In this document: positions 27,237-41,120 of the stretch, piece by piece
How the letters are laid out: each line of letters opens with the position of its first letter
Position numbering within the stretch: position 1 is the first letter of the stretch
NCBI RefSeq assembly: GCF_006345805.1
Contig: NC_043003.1
Span: 55,738,001 to 55,802,000 of the forward strand
Reading direction: 5' to 3'
From: Octopus sinensis
Taxonomy: Eukaryota
DNA length: 64,000 nucleotides
Made by a program: the position numbers and the translations under genes
The notes under the pieces: model-generated
Seen by the model: the letters and a program-made list of their open reading frames with translations, nothing else
Database searches by the model: none
What the model was told of the DNA's origin: nothing

Positions 27237-27238
<2 letters not shown>
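26543..27238. mobile_element. Hammerhead-bearing element (about 468-bp family, copy 2): inverted 218-bp segment plus one full monomer
   Basis: 26543-26760 is the reverse complement of the monomer end-to-start junction; monomer 26767/26771-27238; (TA)n on both sides; homologous to 2164-2683. Confidence 0.8.
27067..27160 (+). ncRNA. Type I hammerhead ribozyme (predicted cleavage after C27154)
   Basis: Stem I TCTTTG/CAAAGA; core CTGACGA 27073-79; stem II GACA/TGTC with GTAAAC/GTTTAC extension; GAAA 27139-42; AC-TATGCATA-GT; GTC. Covaries with the 2467 copy. Confidence 0.92.
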
Positions 27239-27323
<85 letters not shown>

Positions 27324-27909
27324 TATTTATGCATTGTGTGTGTGTGCGTGTATAGAATGTTCTTCAAAACTTTGGTTTCTAGGAAGTAGAGCTTTAACGG
27401 ATCTACTGTGTGAGGCCAAGTTAAACATTGCAACATTGTTGAGAAATACGCAGAGCGGAAATTGCGAGGGGCAGAATTCTCCTGTTCGAGCTGGATATAT
27501 CGAAGATATTCCAGGAAACAATCGGTTAAACAACTGCTTGATTCAACGAAACGCATGACTCAGGGAGGTAACAAAAAAAAATTAAGTTATAGATGGCGAT
27601 AGAGAAGCAGGTAAAGAGATAAGAACTGTAGAAGGCGCTGTGGTTCGTTCTTATATTGGTAGTAAAGGTGATGAGGACTGTGGTTGTGTGATAGCAAAGA
27701 CAGGAAGAAAGTAGCCAATCGAGAGGGGAAAAGGTGGGAACCAGTAATTTGCGTAGTTAACGAGCATGCTTGAAAAAGTCGAGGGGATGGTTAAGGAAGA
27801 ATAGACTGTGGTGGATGTGGAGAGAAATTGACAAATAGTGCATAGGAGAGGTAAGTTGGAGGGATGGAAAAAAATGAAGAATAGGAAGACGTTTGTGAAT
27901 GGGCCAGAT

Positions 27910-28147
27910 GAGCGGAATGATAGCCGAAACGTTAGCACGCAGGGTGAAATGCTTAGCGATATTTCGTCTGCAGCTAGGTTTTGAGTTCAAATTCCGCCGA
28001 GGTCGACTTTGCCTTTCATACTCTTGGGGTCGATTAAATAAGTACCAGTTACGCATTTGGGTCGATATAATCGACTTAATCCGTTTGTCTGTCCTTGTTT
28101 GCCCACCCCCACTGTGTTTAGCCCCTTGCGGGCAGTAAAGTAATTAG
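27910..28147 (+). mobile_element. Near-full-length tRNA-related SINE
   Basis: B-box-like GAGTTCAAATTCC; body shared with at least six other copies in the window. Confidence 0.85.
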
Positions 28148-28242
28148 AAATGCTGCCGATTCGGAGCGTTCTGTGTTAGGTATGGACGACGGATGAAGAG
28201 ACGGAATATATATTGCATGCATACATACACACACATATACGC

Positions 28243-28310
<68 letters not shown>

Positions 28311-29725
28311 TTATTTATTAGTTGTATATTACTTATATATAAATATATAATGTGTGTGCATGTATAAGATATGGAATTCGAGAAAACAACTAATTCATAA
28401 GAAAGATCAAGAAGTTCGAATAAGTCAATAAGTACAATTGCCGTGAGTGGTGAAGAATCTAACCGTTTCAACACGCAATAACACCACATTTCTCTCTTGC
28501 TAACTCTTAGATTAAAGGCAAGTGCCTGAAACGCCAGAATTTCCATTGTATACACGAAGGAAAAAGAGCTCTTCTACGGACCGATAAACACACACACACG
28601 CAAATACACACTCATACACACACATGCATATACATATGTATGTAGTATATTAATCATGTAAACTATATTTCATAGAGCAATATGCAGCCAGTCCTACCTC
28701 AATACTGAATATAGATAAATAAGAACTAGTCATACTCAACATATACTGTGTGACATTAACAATGACGTGGTTAATCGACGCTTTCATAGTTTTTCAAATA
28801 AGATGAAAGCCAAACAGTTGTTTATCGTATAAACGAAAAAATAACTGGAAAACTTATGAATTTTGAAATAACTGGAAAAATAACTTGAAAACTTATGAAT
28901 TTTGATACCGGCATGAAAACAACAACATATGAGTGAAAAACCAAGTGTAATTATCTGGTACATCTATTTCACTATATTACTGGTACTTGGAGCAGTAATA
29001 ATCAAAACTGCTACAAATGAATGCTTAAGATGATTGACCCTTTATTCCCCTATTTGTTTCCCTCATTGGAATGCGGCCTTGTTACTGCACCCACTTCAAA
29101 TTTGTATTATATTAAATCGACCCGTGTTTTTATTATTGCGATATGTTTTACTGAATCGCTAAGGTACTAGGACATAAACAAACCAACAGGATTTGTACAA
29201 ACGTCAACGAGAAGCACATATATAAAGACGCATATAAAAATAAAATGTCACTAAAATAAAAAGTTACTTGCCAAAAGTGGCGAGCATAGGGACTGAACCA
29301 CAAACCACGAATCTTCAAAGGCTGACACTAAACGACCCAGCTATACCAGTCCCTTATATTATCACATGAGTTCACTGAAGTTTTCATAAATCTGCAAAGT
29401 TCTAGCCAATGTTTTGTCGATAACCGGATACATAAATTCACTAAGAATAGCCGACATCGCGAACGTGGTTCGAAGTTGAACTTTATAAAAATAAAGAACA
29501 AACACTCTGTCTGTCTCTCTCTCTCTGTCCCCCCTCTCTCCCCTCTGTCTCTTTCTCCCCCTCTCTCGCATACACATACTATCACATACATGCACACACA
29601 CGCATACACGGAAATATCATGAAGTATAGTATCGCCTATCATATTTAATAACAGGCTTTAATGAAGTCTGAAGAAGACGGTGTTCTATATTACTGCAGCT
29701 ATGTAGATTGTAAACAAGTGTTGCA

Positions 29726-30949
29726 TTGGGTTGGCAACTAAGTTTCCGCCGTTCACTGCGTTTTTAAATTTCGGAATCTATTGTTGTTTTTCGAGAATTC
29801 TATTTTTGAATCATTTTGGAATCTTTTATTTTTTCTAGTTAATTTTAGTTATTTTTTGGTTATTTCCAATATTTTCGATACCTACTTCTTTTTGCTTTTA
29901 ATCAAGGTTCTATAACGGCAAGAGCTGCTCGCGACCTTTGTGCTATGTATGGGGAAGGTGCCATAGCTGAAAGAAGCACTCGTGATTGGTATGCCAAGTT
30001 CAAAAATGGAAATGTTGACCTCAAAGGCGCACCTCGTTCTGGCCGCCCAGTTGAGTTCGATTAAGAGCGATTAAACCAACTTTTGCACGAAAATTCTCGT
30101 GAAACGACAAGGGAACTGGACGATAAAATGGAATGCTCCCACACTGCTATAGAGAAGCATCTTCACTCGATGGCAAATGTTCAGATGTATGGAGCATGTA
30201 TTCCACATGCTTTAAGTGACAACAAGAAAAATCAACGAGCCACAATCTCCGCTGGTTTGCTTGCTTGTCACCGCTCAACTCATGGACACGAGCAACGATT
30301 TCTTTACCGAATCGTTTTTGGCGACGAATAATGATGCCTGTAAATCAATATGAAGCAGCGAAAGGAATGCTTAGCCTCGGTAGACAAGCGACACCGCGCG
30401 TGAAGCAGATCTTCATATGTGTAAAACTATATGGGACTGTGAAGGATTTATCCATTACGAATTGCTTGAACGGAACCAAACGGTCAAAGCGGAACACTAT
30501 GTTCAACATATGGAACGACTCAACACGGCTATTCAAGAGAAAAGGCCTAATCGTCAGCATGGAGTTCTTCTGCTGCACTACAACACTCGCCTTCATATCG
30601 CCAATATGACCAAGGAAGACATTCAAACGCATGGCTGGAAAGTGCTGCCACACCCGCCGTACTCTCCTGATTTGGTACCAACGGATTTCCACTTCTTTCG
30701 ATCTCTTTCAAATGCTATGCGCGGAGTTTCATTTAATACTGATGCAGAATAGAGTGCTTGGTTGGATCAACTTTTCTAGTCGAAATCGTGTGATTTCCAG
30801 GAATGAGCTTTGAAAATCTTGTTGAACGTTGGGAAGAAGTTTTAAACAAGAAGGGGGAATACATTATTTGATCAATTAGTTGATATTTTTTATTAAACCT
30901 TTAAAAAAAAATTAATAAAAAAACGGTGGGAACTTAGTTACCAACCCAA
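29726..30949 (+). mobile_element. Mariner element (about 1.22 kb) with pseudogenised DD34D transposase
   Basis: TIRs TTGGGTTGGCAACTAAGTTTCCGCCGTT / AACGGTGGGAACTTAGTTACCAACCCAA (3 mismatches), CA/TA flanks. Motifs PRSGRP, CIPHAL (WVPHEL), FGDE**, HYNTRLH, HPPYSPDLVPTDFHFFRSL; stops and frameshifts. Confidence 0.95.
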
Positions 30950-31699
30950 TATAATTTAAAGCACATAGGTATTCGTATGATGTGGTTCGAAAGCGGTATC
31001 TAAACGAAACAACTGTAAAATAGATAGTCTCATATTTATTTTATATTTTACTCGCAAAAACACATACAAAATCTTTCTATCAGATATTTACCTATATTTG
31101 TTCGCCTATGGAATATGGTTTTTGCAATCTCAATATTTAATACAATTTTAATGTGTGGATAGCCGTGGAGACCCTATGGAGTGCTAGATAAGGAATATTC
31201 CAAGGTTTCCACTAAACAAATTTTCTTCATGTGTTCATGTGTGTGAGAATACTATTCTGAGAAAAAAAAAACAACATAAGTATGGATGCCGTTTCGTTTC
31301 TTTAAACCTCCTAAAGCTATGGCTCAGCACAGTCGCAGTTCAATGACTACGAGAAGTTAAAGAATAAAAGAATATATAAAAGTATTACTTGAAATTTCAT
31401 AAACTATCAGGGGTTTTTTCTCGTAAAGCTGTGCCGTTATTAAACTTTCGGCTAATTAAGGGCAAAAAAACGTCCTACTTCTTGGAATATACACACGCTA
31501 TTTAATTTTTTTTTTCATTCCTTTATTATTTCACTTGTTTTAGTAAATAGACTGGAGCACTGCCACGACACGATTTCATCGAGTGAAACGCTCCTGTTCT
31601 TGCATTTAAAAAAAATCCTGATAACTATACTATCGTTCTCTTATGACGAACCGCTATGTTACATGAACGAAAACAAACGAACTCCAGTTGTCAGTCGCT

Positions 31700-31890
31700 T
31701 GTGGGGACCAAACACACTCATACACACACATTCACGATAAGCCTCTATTAGATTGCGTCTATCAAATCTATTCACAATACTTTAAACCACCTGAGACTAG
31801 AGTGGTAGGCACTACAGTAAGGTGCCACGCAATAGGACCGAACAGAGGCCAATGTGGTTGGAACGCAGAATTCTTTCCACACAGCCAGAA
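31700..31890 (-). mobile_element. SINE of a further family (similar pieces at about 21260, 29130, 32511, 35380, 37105 and 63640)
   Basis: Shared AAGGTGCCACGCA.T.GGAC.GAAC....A.TGTGGTTG and TTTC.GTCTA.CAAAT.CA.TCAC blocks. Confidence 0.65.
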
Positions 31891-32438
31891 AATTCTGTAT
31901 TTTAAATGACTTTCTTTTCCCATTCTTTCGGTACACTGCCGCCTAAAATGTTGCTTATTGCCAGAGATTATTCACGATTTACAACACTGTAATTTGATTA
32001 TCTATGTATGAAAGACAGTTAATTATTAGAGATAGCAACCAAATATCCCTCATGTATCACATGACCAACTTTAGAGCAATTGAGGTTCGAAAATTATAGA
32101 GTTGTAATAATTCGGGATATTTACCATTAAAATGCTTGATATGCTAAATCAGAGTTGTTCTGAAATAAACGACAAAGTTTAGCGTCTATAGACGGGTCTT
32201 TCTATATTTACCAGAAATAACAGTCAGAATCATTCTGAAGTATACCCCACCATTTCCAGTCGTAACAAATGGGATCATCATGGGTGAAAATTTATATCAT
32301 AAGTTTCATGTTTCGAAGCTGAATTGAGATTAAATAATATACCGAATATATAGTCACAGCGTTAATAGTTATTTTTGTTGTGGTCATTTCATATCTAATG
32401 CAAACAAATACACAAAAAACACGCGCACACGTACACAC

Positions 32439-32485
<47 letters not shown>

Positions 32486-32510
32486 CGCACACACGCACAG
32501 ACACACACAC

Positions 32511-32660
32511 GGCAGGCTTCTTTCAGTTTCCGTCTAACAAATCCACTCAGATGCAACGAAGCTATTATAGAAGGCACTTGCCCAAGGTGCCACGCAGTGG
32601 GACTGAAGACAGAACCAAGTGGTTGTGAAACAATCTTCTATATGGCAACGCCTGCGCTTA
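32511..32660 (-). mobile_element. SINE copy (5' tRNA-like head, same family as 31700)
   Basis: GGCTTCTTTCAGTTTCCGTCTAACAAATCCACTCA...CACTTGCCCAAGGTGCCACGCAGTGGGACTGAA. Confidence 0.75.
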
Positions 32661-33368
32661 TATAGCAATACCTACGCCTGGCGCTATTTGTAACCGCATA
32701 TTGGCTTTTATGAATTGAAGAAATTTCTCTTTCGGGCGACCTTGGGCGCGTAGACACACTCTATGACATGGTGCCAACGGTAAATGTAAAAATTATTTAA
32801 AATACTTCGTAATTGGACAGTCCTATTGACACTGATCGATATTCGAAAGCGTTCAACCGTTTCCATTTCCCATTCCGTTTCTCTTTTTTTATTTTTTTAT
32901 TTTTGTATCCTGACACAATGAACACAAGGAGGCATTCACGTTTCCCCTTTTTTATGTTTTTTTTTGTGAAAACATGATTCGTGTGTAGAAGATTCAGCTA
33001 CTCTTTCTAGCTGTTTGAGCGTCCACGCACAAACCTCACTGAGGTTGATTTGTGATAAGTGTAATATTGATAGTTGGATTATTAGCAATACTTTTCTTTA
33101 AAAAAAAAACAAAAACAGAAAGTAAGAAAAACATATAGAACAAGAATTCTTTATTGTCAATTTCTATTGGCTGTGTACAGTGAAAGTCTTTGTTTGATCT
33201 AGGCCGAAGGTTAAAATATGGGTCAGAGGACAAACCAGATAACACTGATGAACGATAAATAGAAGTTAAATATATCCTAATTTAGCGCAATGTCTTTCTG
33301 ATCAGTCGTCCGTTAAGTCTGCGTAAAACAATGCGTTGAAAATTGAAGTTATTTTGGTTTTTGGTGTT

Positions 33369-33820
33369 GTTTAACCCCCAGGGTCAACAATAATAGCGCA
33401 GACTTACAATTAAAGACGTTCCAACTGTGACCAACCTACCTATTGTTTGAAACTTCGTATGTCTTGGACTAATTTATCCCCTGTGTCCTTTTTCGATGAA
33501 CATTTTGTTGGACTTTTCGTTTTATTATTGCTTAACCCCTGGGTCATTCCTGATAGCGCAGGCCTCTATTTACAAGACTTCATGCTGTGACCATCTTTTG
33601 TTTGAAACTTATAATATCTTGAACTAATTTATCCAATCTATCCTCCCTCTTTTCTGAAAGACGGTATTATAAGTTCGATAGAAACTCGGCTGGACTTTTC
33701 CTTTTTGTTGTGGCTTAACCCACAGGTCAGCCCTGATAACGGCAAACTCGTAATCAAAGGCTTTCCGTCTGTGACGTGCCAGCCCATCTTTTGTTTTGTA
33801 TTAAGTGCATCTTAGACCGA
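33369..33820 (+). repeat. Three diverged tandem copies of a 160-185 bp repeat (fourth copy at about 34217)
   Basis: G.TTAACCC..GGTCA...TGATA.CG; CTGTGACC; TTTGAAACTT; GAACTAATTTATC recur at 33369, 33530, 33713 and 34217. Confidence 0.7.
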
Positions 33821-34755
33821 CTTATTTGATGTATATATTGTATATTGTGGAGTCGGTACAATATAATTTGATGGAAATTTGGCTGCTGTTTCTGTGAGGG
33901 CGGGCGATGATGGAGATGAACATTCGTTCACCTACATTGTTAATGCTGTTGTTTAACCTTAAATTTTCTGTTTGAACATAAGTGTAATCATAGAAATTAC
34001 AACATAAAAGCTTCAATATTTTGTTAAGCAATAGCTGAATTTAAACAGTATTAGAGAATGCATCTTTATACAAGATGCATTGTATAAAGCACAAACGAGA
34101 ATTTGTGCTTTAAGGGACAGATGACCGCTATCTCTATTATGCCAAATATTCACAGAGAAGCACGACTTCTTTTGTTGACATGATAATTGCAAACAGTAAA
34201 AGGCATTTTTAGAGCTGTTTAACCCAAAGTAAAGACAGATCGAGAAGACTTACGATTAAGGCATTGTTGAGATGTGAACGTCTTCTATTCGAAGTTAAAT
34301 CACCTAATTTACCTAGAACTAATTTATCTAAAGTGCTTTAGGATTAACAAAACGTCTCTATAAATTAAGAATCAAATACCTCCCAATCTAATAAGCATCA
34401 ACTTAAAAATACGAGTAGCTATTGCGAAATATTGGCTTATCTAAACTAGATGTCATAGATGTCTCGCCTGTTACGGGATCAAAGCTAAGTCACGGGAATT
34501 CATACGCACTCATGAATACACTTTTGTTTATTCTATCAGGAGTAATAGTGTATGTAGGCACGAAAGTGCGTATGTGTGTGTATGTATGAATGTGTGTATG
34601 TGCGTGTGTGTATATACATATATAGTTGACATTTACAGAAAAACAAAAGACGAAGACAGGTGTATGGACAACAAATATATATATGTATGTGTGTCTCTCT
34701 CTCTCTCTATATATATATATTTACATATATACAACGTAATATATATACATATAAC

Positions 34756-34791
<36 letters not shown>

Positions 34792-34808
34792 GTAAATATA
34801 TATATGTG

Positions 34809-34848
<40 letters not shown>

Positions 34849-35166
34849 GTGCTATATATATATATATATACTGGATTGCATAGAATAACAAGGAATAAAA
34901 ACCATAATTGTAATTCATCCTGCAAGGTGATTTCAAATCGAGGCCAAGTAATCCATGTATCGTCCGCTCCTCGTCTCCACATGAGAGATCAGATTGTCCG
35001 AGATATTTTGACTGAGCCATGTATTTGTTCTTCGTGTCATAGAAATGTTTGCCCTCCCATATATAGTTGTTAACAATTGTTATCTGTGTTTTAAGTCTTT
35101 GACACTCAATATAATTTGAAATGGAAAACAGTAGATATCTATTGCGTGACTCTTTAGGAAAACACT

Positions 35167-35199
<33 letters not shown>

Positions 35200-35674
35200 C
35201 ACACACACACACACATACACGGACACACAAAAACACAAACTTTACCCACTGACTAACCGATACACATGCACAGATATGAATTGATATTTAAATATCAGCG
35301 TTTGTCTGATTATAGTAAAGACGCCCTTCCGCCATTAATGACCATGGGAATGGGCAAAGAAAGAAGTTCCCCTACGAGATGTGAGTCCGGGCAAAGTTGT
35401 TTATGGAAGGCCAGTAGTCGCCCGTGCGTATCAGCCTCCCCTCTTCATGCCACCAATGTTATTTAAGGGAAAGGCAAGGTCTGATACACCTTGGCACCAG
35501 TAGCATCGCAACTCGTTTTGACAGTTCAGTGAACTGGAGTAGCGTGACATATAGTCTCTTCCGCATGACACAACGTACAGTATATATAAATACATACATA
35601 CATATAATAGAAATATATATACATATATCTATAGATTTATATATATACTATATATATATATATATATATCTATC

Positions 35675-35705
<31 letters not shown>

Positions 35706-35709
35706 CTAG

Positions 35710-35742
<33 letters not shown>

Positions 35743-35759
35743 CATATTATCTATATATC

Positions 35760-35795
<36 letters not shown>

Positions 35796-35934
35796 ATGTG
35801 TGTGTGTGTGTGGGTGTGTATGTGTGGGTGCATTTAATTTATTATATATGATATAATAAATACACTATATATATATATATGTATATATTTACACCTGTAT
35901 GGATATACACACACACATGCTCATATGCTTGTGT

Positions 35935-36316
35935 GGAGGAGCAATGTCCCAGTGGTTAGGGGCAGCGGACTCACAGTCGTAAGATCGTGGTTTCGATTCC
36001 TAGACCGGGCGTTGTGAGTGTTTATTGAACGAAAACGACCTAAAATTCCACAATGATCCGGCAAGAGGTGGTGGCGAACCCTGCTATACTCTTTCACCAC
36101 AACCTTCTCTCACTCTTTCTTCCTATTTCTGTTGTACCTGTATTTTAAAGGGCCAGCCGTATAACACTCTGTGTCACGCTGATTCTTCTCGAGAACAACT
36201 GTAAAGATACACGTGTCTGTTGAATGGTCAACCACTTGCACGTTAATTTTACGGGCAAGCTGTTCTGTTGATTGGATCAGTTGGCACCCTCGTCGTCGTA
36301 ACCGACGAAATGCCAC
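35935..36316 (+). mobile_element. Full-length tRNA-derived SINE (longer family; remnants at about 22935 and 49550)
   Basis: A-box-like TGTCCCAGTGG, B-box-like GGTTTCGATTCC, unique about 300-bp body. Confidence 0.85.
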
Positions 36317-36917
36317 GCATATGCTTATATATTTGTATACTTGGATGAAAAACCTATATTTTTAAAAGTCATAAAGAATAAGTGACGTATATGTTTAGCT
36401 TTTATATTTCGGCCTAAAAATTTAGGTATAGATTCTGCTCCTGTTGAAGAGCTGTTGTACCAACAAAAGCTTAAGACAAACATATTGCAGGGAAACATGA
36501 AAGACATCTGTTGAGACAGGCGAAGCGTGGGATTAGAACACGTGTATGGATATAGAAGTGTGAATAAAGCAATAACTTCCAGCTCACCAACAACAAGTAA
36601 ACATCACAACGCCATTAACCTGAAGAAGGAGGAGAAGGAGTCACAACAACAACAAGTGCCAAAAATATAGAATAAAAAACTAACATCCAACAACAGGGGT
36701 ATTAGTATCGAGTAATGTAGGGTTCAGATCGCAGTTACTGATAAAGACAGCAGATAAAATCCGAGTTTTCAACATATTAATAACAAACAGCTGCTGTGGA
36801 TATTTGATAACTCTACAAAAACAACAACAATAACAACGACATCAGCAACAACAACAACAATATTGTGCTTCTGTGAGTGCGTGTGTGTGTGCGTGTGTGT
36901 GCGTGTTTGCGCACGCG

Positions 36918-36950
<33 letters not shown>

Positions 36951-36951
36951 A

Positions 36952-37104
<153 letters not shown>

Positions 37105-37459
37105 AACGACGGGCTTCTTTCAGTTTCTGTCTTCCTAATTCCTTCACACTGCTTTGGTTGGCCGGTCAGTATATGTGTGTTTGTTGTATTTGGGGCTGGA
37201 GAATAATTTTTCTAAATACATACACGCACTGTATATGTGTTTTCGCTTGTTTATTACACTTCTTAAGTTTTTAAAAATTTTAACTCATGCCCATTGTCCG
37301 GAAATCTTTCGTCACACATTTGTCACATCTTCAGCGACACTTTGCGTTTTCGTTTATGCTCTTGCTTCACTTCGTTCTTTTTTAAGAATGTTTAAGAACA
37401 TTAATACACACGATTCACATCAGGAATATTGCAACACAAATTGGTAAATGTATATATAT

Positions 37460-37514
<55 letters not shown>

Positions 37515-37635
37515 AATATATGTGTGTGTGGTGTGTGTGGTGTGTGTGTGTGTGTGTGTGGTATGTATGATTATATTTGCATATGTATTACCTATCTACA
37601 AACACACATACAAACACACCATATATATATATATT

Positions 37636-37813
37636 TTCTTTACTTCGTTATTCGCAAAAAAGTTCATATTCTATGTATTCGTATTTCGTATTCCATATTT
37701 TCGTATTTTTGTTGGTTACGTTCTGTGACGCCCTGTGTCCACATATGCATATGAATATACGTACCTATGTAAGTTTGTACAATACGTATGTATATATGCA
37801 TATATATATAATT

Positions 37814-37887
<74 letters not shown>

Positions 37888-38158
37888 ATATAAATAATAT
37901 ATATATGCATATATATTATATTTTTTATATTATATATATGCATATATTATTATTTATATTATATATATATATATATATAATAATACATATATGCATATAT
38001 ACATACGTATTTGTGCAAACTTACATATCTACGTATATTCATATGCATATGTGAGCACAGGGCGTCACAGAACGTAACCAACAAAAAAATACGAAAATAT
38101 GGAATACTAAATACGAATACATAGAAACTGAACTTTTGCGATTAACGAAGTAAATAAA
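37636..38158. repeat. Inverted repeat, about 170-bp arms around a TA-rich spacer
   Basis: TTGTTGGTTACGTTCTGTGACGCCCTGTG (left) versus CACAGGGCGTCACAGAACGTAACCAACAA (right); complementarity extends across both arms. Confidence 0.9.
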
Positions 38159-38478
38159 TGGCAAACAAGTTACGCCACATAAAGTAGGACCCTTCATCAG
38201 TTGTTGGCTTTTTTTTCCTCATCCGTATTTCGAACGGAGTATGTAAGGAGGCGTGGGTGTTAGTGTGTGCGTGTGTGGCCTATGTAGGTGTCCATTGAAA
38301 CTATATAATCTGGTTTGCAGACTATCCCAAGTACCTTGTATAACTCTTTGTTCAAAACGTGCCTCTAGTACGCCAAAGGAGTATATTTTCGTCATAGTTT
38401 CATTACCAAACATATTAATATATCAAGTCCTCTTTCTGTCTAACTGTTTATTCATTATACACACGCAATAGGTTTCTA

Positions 38479-38545
<67 letters not shown>

Positions 38546-38576
38546 TATAATATATATATATCTGTGTGTGCGTGAG

Positions 38577-38615
<39 letters not shown>

Positions 38616-38678
38616 CGCTCTGTACATATATATGAATATATTATATACACCCCCCACGTATATATATATGATATAAAG

Positions 38679-38716
<38 letters not shown>

Positions 38717-38736
38717 GCAAACACACATAGGCACAT

Positions 38737-38776
<40 letters not shown>

Positions 38777-39399
38777 TTGTCTTTATATATGTATATGCGT
38801 GTGTGAGTGTGTTCACATATACACACAGACAAACAGACACATATATATACACATGTATAAATATATATGCATACATGCATACATATACAAACAACATACC
38901 GTTAAAACGATTTTTCCCTTTCTCGTCACGCTCTTGACGCGCCAAACGATATTGAATAACACTCACACGCACACGTGTATCTGGATATCATATTGTGATT
39001 CAGAATAGAAATAGGAGGAGGAGGGAAGAAAAAAATAAAAAACACGGAAGAATGTCACAAATATTATAAATGAAAAAAGGAAAGTTGAGAAAGTTAAGCA
39101 AGTCAGCTATAAAAAAAAAAAAGGAGAGAAAATTAGTAAGAAAAGAGAATTTGAAGTATAAACAAACGTGCGGGTCTTTTACAGCCGAACTGTATTCAGA
39201 GGGGCGAAAAGATTTTATTTTGACATATATACAAAACACAGGAATCCTTATTAATTACTCACGTAAAGATAAATTGTGTGACGGACGTTATGATGTGATA
39301 CATACTTGAACTTAGAAATTTACATCTCTCGACACCACGCAACTTACTTCAGGATATACATACATACACACATACACGCATACATGCATACAACCATAC

Positions 39400-39430
<31 letters not shown>

Positions 39431-39471
39431 CATACATACATACATACACGCATACATGCATACAACCATAC

Positions 39472-39502
<31 letters not shown>

Positions 39503-39747
39503 CATACATACATACATACATACATACACATACATATATATACATACAAATAAACTTACGTACATATGCACGTACATACATGCGTATATATGTATATGTA
39601 TTATATATATAAATACGTGTGTGTATATATATTATGCATATATGTATTATATATATCTATATAAATATACATATATATATATATAATACATATATACATA
39701 TATATACATACAACATATTTACATACATATACACACACATATATATG

Positions 39748-39781
<34 letters not shown>

Positions 39782-39782
<1 letters not shown>

Positions 39783-40625
39783 CTTAGAAATAACTTAGAA
39801 AGCTTTTGGCCAGTATTGGCCCAGGCCATATCTAACTTAATAGCACCACCTGGCGAAGTCTTTCAATTCAGGATTTGAGCACCGAGGCCCATTCGAGCAG
39901 AGAGTTATTGTTTGCGGAGACATATCCGGGTGTGGGTGGTTTGTCCGGGACTGTTTGAAGGAATTTGTCCAAAGACTTCTTGAATTTTGTGTGGTCAGTT
40001 TCTGTTTTGACATGTCCTGGTGTAATGTTGAAGAGAGCGGGTCCAATTGAGGTGAAATAATTGTGCCGTATTGTCGTTATGTGATGCGATTTAGATTTTT
40101 GTTGTGGACGGATGGCACGTGGTCCAAGCCTTGGATGTACATTAAAGGTCATGCCAACATCATTCGGACAGTGCTGATGGAATATTTTCCACATCATATA
40201 GATAATGTAGCGTTCATGGCGTCGTTGGAGTGAATACAGTTTCAGCTTCTCTAGTCTACCCCAGTAGTCAAGGTCTGACATTCCATCTATCTTTTTTGTG
40301 ATTGACCTTTGGGGAGCTTCAATTCTCATAATATTTTGTTTTGTGTAGGGAGAACACAGTAGACAGCAGTATTCAAGGTGGGGTCCGGCAAAATTGGAGA
40401 AGAGAAGGATAATAATGTGGGAATCTCTCAACTGGAAGGTTCTGAGAATCCAGGAACACATTCTGCGGGCCATGTCAACTTTGCTGCTTATATGTGTAGC
40501 CCAGATTATGCTGTTGTCCACTGTTACTCCCAAGTCTCTGATGTTGTTGGACGCCATGAGAATTTCTCCAGAAGGAAAGGAGTATGGGAGTTTCAGAGCG
40601 TCCTCCCTTCCAAAGTGGATCAGTT
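39782..40625 (-). pseudogene. 3' fragment of a second CR1-group LINE with a short tandem tail
   Basis: Open about 230 aa: IRDLGVTVDN..W..HI; ILRTF; HLEYCC; LKLYSLQRRHERY; GPALFN; FKKSLDKFLQTVPDKP. Tail (TTTCTAAGTT)x2. Confidence 0.92.
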
Positions 40626-40934
40626 CGAACGCACGCAACAAACATACACACATATATACACGTGATAGAGCCGACATTTTGTTTATTTATTGTCTTTTTT
40701 AAAACCGAACTGTAAATGGTAACCCGGATGAAAGCAAAAAAAAAATAATAATGACTTGGCGCTCTCATTCATCTTTCGTCTCATTTAAAAAATAAAATGG
40801 ATGTGCCGTGATTTCTATGTTTTCATGAGACCTTAGATATTGATATGCATTGCAGATGAATCTATGAGTATGAACTCATACACGCCCATACATGTTTGTA
40901 TATTCATAAATATATACGCTTATATATAATCATT

Positions 40935-41120
40935 AGTCTCAGATTTTTGCACAGAGCCAGCAACTTTGATAGAGGATTGAACTGGTGTTTATTTTATCGA
41001 CCTCGAACGGATGAAAGAAAAAGTCGATCTCGGTGGAATTTAAACTGAATAACGTAAAACGGACGAAATACCGCGAATATTTTTCACGGCTTTTAAACGA
41101 TTCTGCAATCTGGCCGTCTT
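40935..41120 (-). mobile_element. SINE copy
   Basis: ACTGGTGTTTATTTTATCGACCTCGAACGGATGAAAG..AAGTCGATCTCGGTGGAATTT. Confidence 0.75.

Noticed and set aside
34880-35170. About 100-codon open frame on minus (..NNYIWEGKHFYDTK..)
   Set aside because: Only vague similarity to L1/Tx1-type motifs; cannot be assigned.
35935-36010. tRNA gene
   Set aside because: A and B boxes are present but no full cloverleaf; it continues into a SINE body found elsewhere in the window.
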